DNA from: Bacteriovoracaceae bacterium | GTDB lineage: Bacteria > Bdellovibrionota > Bacteriovoracia > Bacteriovoracales > Bacteriovoracaceae | DNA: 64,000 nucleotides | Direction: 5' to 3' | Assembly: GCA_018649885.1 (NCBI GenBank) | Contig: JABIHA010000074.1 | Coordinates: forward strand, 1-64,000 | Shown: one piece after another, positions 58,314-64,000 of the stretch | Layout of the letters: every line of letters starts with the position of its first letter | Numbering within the stretch: the stretch's first letter is position 1 | Program-made: the position numbers and the translations under genes | Notes under the pieces: model-generated | The model's database searches: none | Seen by the model: only the letters and a program-made list of their open reading frames with translations | Told to the model about the DNA's origin: nothing

Positions 58314-59595
58314 ATTTATTTTACTTATTTCAAGTATTACAATACTACCAAGTTGTTCAGTTTTTATTGAAAATATTTTCGTTGAAAAAAATGAATATCA
58401 ACTTAAAGAAATAAAGAGCACAAAATACTGCCCAAAAGAAAGCAAACATGGAGCACATCGTTTTTATTCTTCCTCAGAAAAGGTCAATAGGCTTTTCTCT
58501 GATTTTTTAGAAAACAATAAAAATCTCAATCTATATTTTAGTGAGAAAATGGTTCTTTGGGGACTCATTCAAGTTAATGCTCAGCCTTTCCTTTCCTCCC
58601 CAGCTTCAAGACTTCAGGCAATTGTTTACTATGGAGGAAAATTCAAATTTTGGGATTTTAAGAAACCAGAAAAATCGTCTTACTCTTATATTAAAGCACT
58701 AGACGACATACTCCACGACTACCCTTCTAAAAGAAGTCTGAAGAGTCTTGCAGGGCTACTCGATAAAAAATTTCAATCTACTATTACTGTTAGTAAAGAG
58801 CTAGCTGTACTTCTATCGAAAAAAAGAAACCTTCTTTTGAAAAATCCAATATTAAAAAAGACCTACTTTCGAGATAATGAGCTACTTAGAGTTAATGAAC
58901 CACTTTTCAAAGTATCCTTTTCACAACTAATCGCAAAATACCAAAAAAAGAGCACGCCTTGGATTAAAAAAAACCACACACACCAAGTTCTATTTCCTAT
59001 TGAACTAGAAAATATTGATGATAATTTCGATTTAGCCGAGTGCAATTTTGATCCCGGACTCTATAAAAACAAGGTTTTTATACTCGATAAAGAGCAAATA
59101 TTCGTCACTAGCTTTGGGATGGTAGACCATAAACAAAATAGCTTTTTGGCAATTTCAGGGCAAAACCTAGCGAGCGTAGAAGAAATAGACAACTTCAAAA
59201 TGATTAGGGGGAGGTGGCCAAAAAGGCTCGGTTCTTGGTGCATTCTTCAAAACCAAAAACCAAAGCTTTCCGTTGTCCTTACCAGCTTTAATAGTAGGGA
59301 TTCGGGGCAACTGCTCATGGGCCCGCTAGAAAAAATTGAGAGATTAAAACTAGACCAAAGTAAAATATCAACATTAATAGAGGCCGGTCGAGAAATTTTC
59401 TTTCTATCCCCGCCTCGAATTTATATCGAGTCAAGAATTTTAAAAAATCAGCATATTGAAAAAAACTTGAAGTCTCAGTTGCCTGTATACCATGCAGATA
59501 AAATTGGGAATATTCACTCTTTGCTAAGAAGTGAAGACAAAAAAATGTCACTCATAATTGATTCAAGGTTTAATGGAAACTTACTCTGCAAATAA
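58297..59595 (+). CDS. Hypothetical lipoprotein
   Basis: ILPS-C lipobox-like signal; 432 aa. Confidence 0.7.
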   Translation: MKRITKFILLISSITILPSCSVFIENIFVEKNEYQLKEIKSTKYCPKESKHGAHRFYSSSEKVNRLFSDFLENNKNLNLYFSEKMVLWGLIQVNAQPFLSSPASRLQAIVYYGGKFKFWDFKKPEKSSYSYIKALDDILHDYPSKRSLKSLAGLLDKKFQSTITVSKELAVLLSKKRNLLLKNPILKKTYFRDNELLRVNEPLFKVSFSQLIAKYQKKSTPWIKKNHTHQVLFPIELENIDDNFDLAECNFDPGLYKNKVFILDKEQIFVTSFGMVDHKQNSFLAISGQNLASVEEIDNFKMIRGRWPKRLGSWCILQNQKPKLSVVLTSFNSRDSGQLLMGPLEKIERLKLDQSKISTLIEAGREIFFLSPPRIYIESRILKNQHIEKNLKSQLPVYHADKIGNIHSLLRSEDKKMSLIIDSRFNGNLLCK

Positions 59596-59854
59596 CGTAT
59601 CAATTATTCTGGAAGGTGTTGCATCATCAAAAAAGAAGTATCTACGCCTTAAAGATAGTGATGATTTAAAATTATCGCTCTTATCCTATCTGGAATCATG
59701 TAATATCCCCATTGCTTCATCATGTAATGGGGAGGGCATTTGTAAGAAATGCATCGTAGGTGATGATCTTCTTTCTTGCCAAATAAATCTCAAAGATTTT
59801 TTGGATAGTTTTAATGAAGAAGACTCTCCAACAATCAAGGTATCCTACCTGTGA
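59573..59854 (+). CDS. 2Fe-2S ferredoxin-like protein
   Basis: SCNGEGICKKC...LSCQ. Confidence 0.8.
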   Translation: METYSANNVSIILEGVASSKKKYLRLKDSDDLKLSLLSYLESCNIPIASSCNGEGICKKCIVGDDLLSCQINLKDFLDSFNEEDSPTIKVSYL

Positions 59855-59878
59855 TTGCCAGAGGGCCTCAAACTCATT

Positions 59879-60607
59879 TTACAATAATTTAATATCACCA
59901 TTTGCTGAGAAATAGATGGTATAAGTCATATCGTGCTTTGTTACAGCAGTTCCGACTTTGACATTGAGATTAAGCATGCAGCCTATTACTGGATCACCCT
60001 CAGCACCCTCGTTTGTCACCGAAATTAACTCTGTAGAAGTACTGGCCTTAACAGTCCATCCTGCAAACACTTCCGTAGGAACCTGAACACCTTGTAGATA
60101 TTTTCCAGCTCCCTTGTAGCTTCCACCATAAGACATAGTAGGTGAGAATTTGACTTTCGCCATTTTCATTCCATATAGATTTTTAAATACAATTTCATAA
60201 CTTTTTTTCAAAGGTCTACTCCAGTTTGCCATTTCCCAAGGCCGGAGGACTAAACCTGTCGCACTTTTAGGAACAAAACTCAGATGCTTTCCTTTGACAA
60301 TAATTTCGGGTTGTCTTTTTTCTAAAAAGGTTAAAACAGACTCCACTGTTTTAAGTCCCAATATCATGGTCTCGTGAAGAGTTTTCATATCAAATTCTAG
60401 ACTCTTTTCACTGAGTAGTGATTTAAGAGGATCAACCTCATCACTTTGCCCTTTAAAAATATTTTCTTCATTTGCAATTGATTGAGAAAGAATAATCTCC
60501 CCAGTTTGCATGTCGCGGATTTCAACAGAATTAATCTCGGCAGGCCCTATAGCAAAGACAGAATTTGCGCAAAGCCAAAAACTAAAACCCAATAAAAATT
60601 TTCTCAT
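59879..60607 (-). CDS. Hypothetical secreted beta-rich protein
   Basis: Signal peptide; GGAGG RBS; KNLYG and YGGSY.G.GKY. Confidence 0.75.
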   Translation of the reverse strand: MRKFLLGFSFWLCANSVFAIGPAEINSVEIRDMQTGEIILSQSIANEENIFKGQSDEVDPLKSLLSEKSLEFDMKTLHETMILGLKTVESVLTFLEKRQPEIIVKGKHLSFVPKSATGLVLRPWEMANWSRPLKKSYEIVFKNLYGMKMAKVKFSPTMSYGGSYKGAGKYLQGVQVPTEVFAGWTVKASTSTELISVTNEGAEGDPVIGCMLNLNVKVGTAVTKHDMTYTIYFSANGDIKLL

Positions 60608-60809
60608 TTTCGTACCTCCAGAAGAATATTTTTTTTTGTGCCCGTATGCAGTAAACTAAATGTGATGGAGAGGTCAATAAAGTAAACCTAACAAAACCTC
60701 TCTGTATGCCTGAATTAACAGCTTCTGTGCACTGAACCTTGTCAATTGAAATGGTTTATAGTCCATTAGTACTACCAATGCAAACGATAAGAATAACTAA
60801 TACGGGAGA

Positions 60810-61733
60810 TTGTTTTTGAACTCTAAACTTTTGGTCACCATGTTATTTCTAGCTGCAGCAAATCATCTCTATGCTCTATCTATTTCCACATATAATATTC
60901 GAAATTTTGATTATGACTCAAGGTCTAAAACCTCTACTAACAAATCCAAATTGGCCGAAATATTAGAAAACCTTGAAAGTGATTTAGTGGCCGTCCAAGA
61001 AATTACTAAACCCAAAAAGTTTAAAGAGTTTATTAATCATTTTCTTCCTGCCTATGGAGTCGCCCTTTCAAGATGCGGAGGAGCAAATTCTCAAAGCCTT
61101 GGATTTATCTACAATAAAAATCAGCTGAGACTTGATGGCTTCTATGAAGACGATAGAACAAATGCCTACCAGGGCATGTCAAATAAAGGCTGTCCTACCC
61201 AAGGCTCAAGGCCTTTGGCAGTCGCCAAATTTACTAACCTATCCGCAAAATCTGGATTAAGAGATTTCACCGCTATTGCTGTCCATCTCAAGGCAGGCCC
61301 CTCTCCAAAGAGTGTGGGAAAAAGAAAGAAACAACTTTTAATCATTCGCGAAATTATTGATGAAATTCGAGAATTTGAAGATGTAAATATCGCCATAATG
61401 GGAGATTTTAATACAACTAGCTTTAATAAAGGTGGTATCGGCTTAAGTAATTTCGAAGATTTTGCTATAAACTCTGGACTAAATAACATCACCTACCAAG
61501 ACGTAAAATGCTCAAACTATTATTTCCCAAACTATGGTAGTCCCATCGTTAAGTCCTCGCTCTTAGACCACATTCTCATTAGTGATGAAATGAGTGAGTA
61601 CTTTGAGTATATAAAATCAAGCTCCACTCTATTTTGCAGAAACTTATCTTGCTCTGATATGGACAAAGAAAAAGTTGATGTTTTATTTGACCAAGTATCC
61701 GACCACTGCCCTATAATATCCCACCTCAAATAA
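60810..61733 (+). CDS. Secreted endonuclease/exonuclease/phosphatase (DNase I-like)
   Basis: TYNI, VQEI, HLK, GDFN, DHI and SDHCP. Confidence 0.9.
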   Translation: MFLNSKLLVTMLFLAAANHLYALSISTYNIRNFDYDSRSKTSTNKSKLAEILENLESDLVAVQEITKPKKFKEFINHFLPAYGVALSRCGGANSQSLGFIYNKNQLRLDGFYEDDRTNAYQGMSNKGCPTQGSRPLAVAKFTNLSAKSGLRDFTAIAVHLKAGPSPKSVGKRKKQLLIIREIIDEIREFEDVNIAIMGDFNTTSFNKGGIGLSNFEDFAINSGLNNITYQDVKCSNYYFPNYGSPIVKSSLLDHILISDEMSEYFEYIKSSSTLFCRNLSCSDMDKEKVDVLFDQVSDHCPIISHLK

Positions 61734-61787
61734 CTCATTTTGTGATAGGATAATTGAAATTATTCAGCTCCTCATTAAGGAAAAAAC

Positions 61788-62369
61788 GTGAAATATTTAT
61801 CCATTGATATAGAGTCAACAGGCCTAGACCAAGACTGTCACATGATAGAGTTTGCAATGGTTCCCTTCGACTCCGAAAAAGGACTAGAGGAAACGCTTGC
61901 CAGAGAATATCTAATAACTTGCCCAAGTTTTGATTCCCTCAGGCCAAAACTAAACTCATGGGTTGCTGAGAATATGAGTGAGCTTATTATGCGTGCACAT
62001 AGTTCAGGTATGCCACTTGCATCATTCAAGTCACAGTTCACCGAATACCTCGAATCAAGCGAAGTAAAATCCTACTTTGGAGATGACCCAATTGTCATTT
62101 TTGGCAAATCACTCAATGCCATAGACCTACCCTTTCTAAATAGAGATTTAGGATGGGAGTTTATGAGAAAGTATTTTTCACATAGGACATGTGACCTTTC
62201 TTGTATTGGATACGCCCTTGTGGATTTAGGAACATTGCCAATAGGTTGTGAGGGTGGATCATCGCTGATGAACTATTTTAATATGGGTGATGTGGCCCAC
62301 ACGGCTTTAGAAGATGCTAAAAATACTGCCATAATGTATCTTAAGATTCTTGAGAAATTCAGTTGCTAG
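61788..62369 (+). CDS. DEDDh 3'-5' exonuclease
   Basis: DIESTG, D..FL and H.ALEDA. Confidence 0.85.
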   Translation: MKYLSIDIESTGLDQDCHMIEFAMVPFDSEKGLEETLAREYLITCPSFDSLRPKLNSWVAENMSELIMRAHSSGMPLASFKSQFTEYLESSEVKSYFGDDPIVIFGKSLNAIDLPFLNRDLGWEFMRKYFSHRTCDLSCIGYALVDLGTLPIGCEGGSSLMNYFNMGDVAHTALEDAKNTAIMYLKILEKFSC

Positions 62370-63075
62370 CGGCCTTTTTCTTTTTAGAAAGTGCTGCCAC
62401 TTTTCTCCCTTTCAAGTGAGAGTTCAGGTAAACATAAGGATTTTGTGCCTTTTGTCCTTTGCGTATTTCAAAATGAAGGTGAGGTCCTGTTGCCCTCCCT
62501 GTCTGTCCTACTTGTGCTAAAACCTGTCCCTGGTGAACCCACTGCCCTTTTTTCACAAAGTTCTTTTTATTATGGGCATAAACTGTGTGCCAACCATTTT
62601 CATGAGAAATGACAATCATTCTGCCATAACCTCTAACCCAGCCCTGATGGAGTACTCTGCCCTTTTTTACGGCCAAAATATGGGTGCCTGTTCTAGCGGC
62701 TATATCAAGTCCATCGTGATGTCTTCCACCTCTTGGACCAAAACGTGAACTAATATTCTTTGAGCTAGGGACAGGCCAGACTAGAGGCCCTAGATCACTA
62801 GGAAGCGCTTCGCCTGAACTATAGTTTCTATTATCTATCTTTGCTAGAAGCCCACCAATGACTCCCCCATTTTCAGGTATAAATAAATAGTCACCAACAA
62901 CCAGGGTTCTATTTTGATTTAAATTTAATAGCTGAGTGGCCCCGATATGAAATCTTTTGGCCAAATGGTCATAACTGTCTCCCGACTTCACTTGATAATA
63001 GTGCCCAGATCTAAGGTGAGCGCAAGAACACAACAAAATTGTGAAAAAAACGAGAGGAAGTATTTTATTTACCAT
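62359..63075 (-). CDS. nlpD: LysM + M23 peptidase lipoprotein (NlpD-like)
   Basis: Lipobox-like LCSC, LysM, HDGLD, YAH and HLHFE; follows surE. Confidence 0.85.
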   Translation of the reverse strand: MVNKILPLVFFTILLCSCAHLRSGHYYQVKSGDSYDHLAKRFHIGATQLLNLNQNRTLVVGDYLFIPENGGVIGGLLAKIDNRNYSSGEALPSDLGPLVWPVPSSKNISSRFGPRGGRHHDGLDIAARTGTHILAVKKGRVLHQGWVRGYGRMIVISHENGWHTVYAHNKKNFVKKGQWVHQGQVLAQVGQTGRATGPHLHFEIRKGQKAQNPYVYLNSHLKGRKVAALSKKKKAASN

Positions 63076-63080
63076 TAACT

Positions 63081-63851
63081 TCAATCCCAGCTCCATAGTT
63101 CAATCATTTCATCGTAAATATCGCGGTGACCTTCTTCTCGGTTCATCACATCCAAACATGATAGTGAAACAAAATTCTCAGATACTGCTTCACAGTCAGA
63201 ACCCTCTATAATTTCATCTCCTCGATAATTGCCACCAATAAAATAATAAATATTTCCCTTGTCACATATTCGTTTTTTTAATTCGGGTATATATATTCTT
63301 TTACCTACTTCTGTAAGTTTCGCCCCAGACAACTTTTCAATTGGTAAATTAGGTACGTTTATATTTGCAAGTGTGTGATGTGCAATTTTTCTCGAACATC
63401 CAGATTCAATAAATGCTTTTATAAGTTTAGCTGCAGACAAAAAGTGTTTTTGATCTTCATCTGAATAATTTAAGGCCAAGCTGACGGCCACAGATGGAAT
63501 TCCATGAAGGGCAGCTTCTCTTGCAGCTGCAACAGTTCCCGAGTAGTAACGATCCTGACCCAGGTTAGCACCATTATTAATTCCTGATACTACTAGATCA
63601 GGAAATGAATCTTTGTAAAAAGCTTCAAGGGCAAGAAGTGTACAATCTGCGGGGTAGCCGTTCACTGCGTACCTATTTTCACCACACTCTTCTAACAGCA
63701 ATTCTTTTAGCAGTGAAATCCCGTGCCCTGTACTAGACATCTCATACCTGGGGGCCACGGTTATGATATCTCCAACAGAAGACAACTCGTCTTCTAAGGC
63801 CTTTATCCCAGGGGCATTAATTCCATCATCGTTGGTAATTAATATCCTCAT
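63081..63851 (-). CDS. surE: 5'/3'-nucleotidase SurE
   Basis: ITNDDG, G.PADC, SGIN.G.N and YSGT. Confidence 0.96.
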   Translation of the reverse strand: MRILITNDDGINAPGIKALEDELSSVGDIITVAPRYEMSSTGHGISLLKELLLEECGENRYAVNGYPADCTLLALEAFYKDSFPDLVVSGINNGANLGQDRYYSGTVAAAREAALHGIPSVAVSLALNYSDEDQKHFLSAAKLIKAFIESGCSRKIAHHTLANINVPNLPIEKLSGAKLTEVGKRIYIPELKKRICDKGNIYYFIGGNYRGDEIIEGSDCEAVSENFVSLSCLDVMNREEGHRDIYDEMIELWSWD

Positions 63852-63860
63852 GTGAAAACC

Positions 63861-63998
63861 TCAGCCTTGTTGTAAATTATTCAAATTGGATTTAAATAGA
63901 TGATACTGTTTTGTCATTCGAGTTAAGTCAACATTCCTGTAGCATTCTTCAACTTCGGGTCCAATTCCAAGAGAGATAATCCCTAGATCAAAGAATTC
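63861..63998 (-). CDS. Possible 3' end of a gene entering from the right edge (partial)
   Basis: Open minus frame EFFDLGIISLGIG...NLQQG* ending 10 bp before the surE ATG. Confidence 0.45.
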   Translation of the reverse strand, partial: EFFDLGIISLGIGPEVEECYRNVDLTRMTKQYHLFKSNLNNLQQG

Positions 63999-64000
63999 AA

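Overview
AT-rich chromosomal window of a Gram-negative bacterium. Gene content and style suggest Bdellovibrionota, probably Bacteriovoracales; this is inference. Positions ~1.1-18.2 kb hold a 12-gene, translationally coupled minus-strand operon for Pel-type exopolysaccharide: galE, HD-GYP, hybrid kinase, pelA, pelB, REC, pelD, pelE, HEAT protein, pelF, pelG, TPR lipoprotein. It is unusual in carrying an internal phosphorelay, a PelD with no RxxD c-di-GMP site, a PelA with no hydrolase domain, and no pelC. An ECF sigma/anti-sigma/DUF3106 cluster lies divergent from it. The rest is mostly housekeeping: rimP-nusA-infB-rbfA-truB, thrS-ddl, ubiE, Rrf2-cysteine desulfurase, cdaA-cdaR-glmM-pdxJ-nnr-tsaE, queF and surE-nlpD. 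Two striking in-frame fusions occur there: Ppx/GppA with an APRT-like domain, and ferrochelatase with an MFS transporter. Direct reading of intergenic DNA gave three structured elements absent from the ORF track: a sigma54-driven ~97-nt sRNA candidate with C-rich loops beside a degenerate enhancer-binding protein, a Csr/Rsm-like sRNA candidate with CAGGA loops, and a 100-bp tandem repeat whose hairpins covary. No rRNA, tRNA, CRISPR array, integrase or transposase was recognised. All family calls come from motif reading, not database searches.
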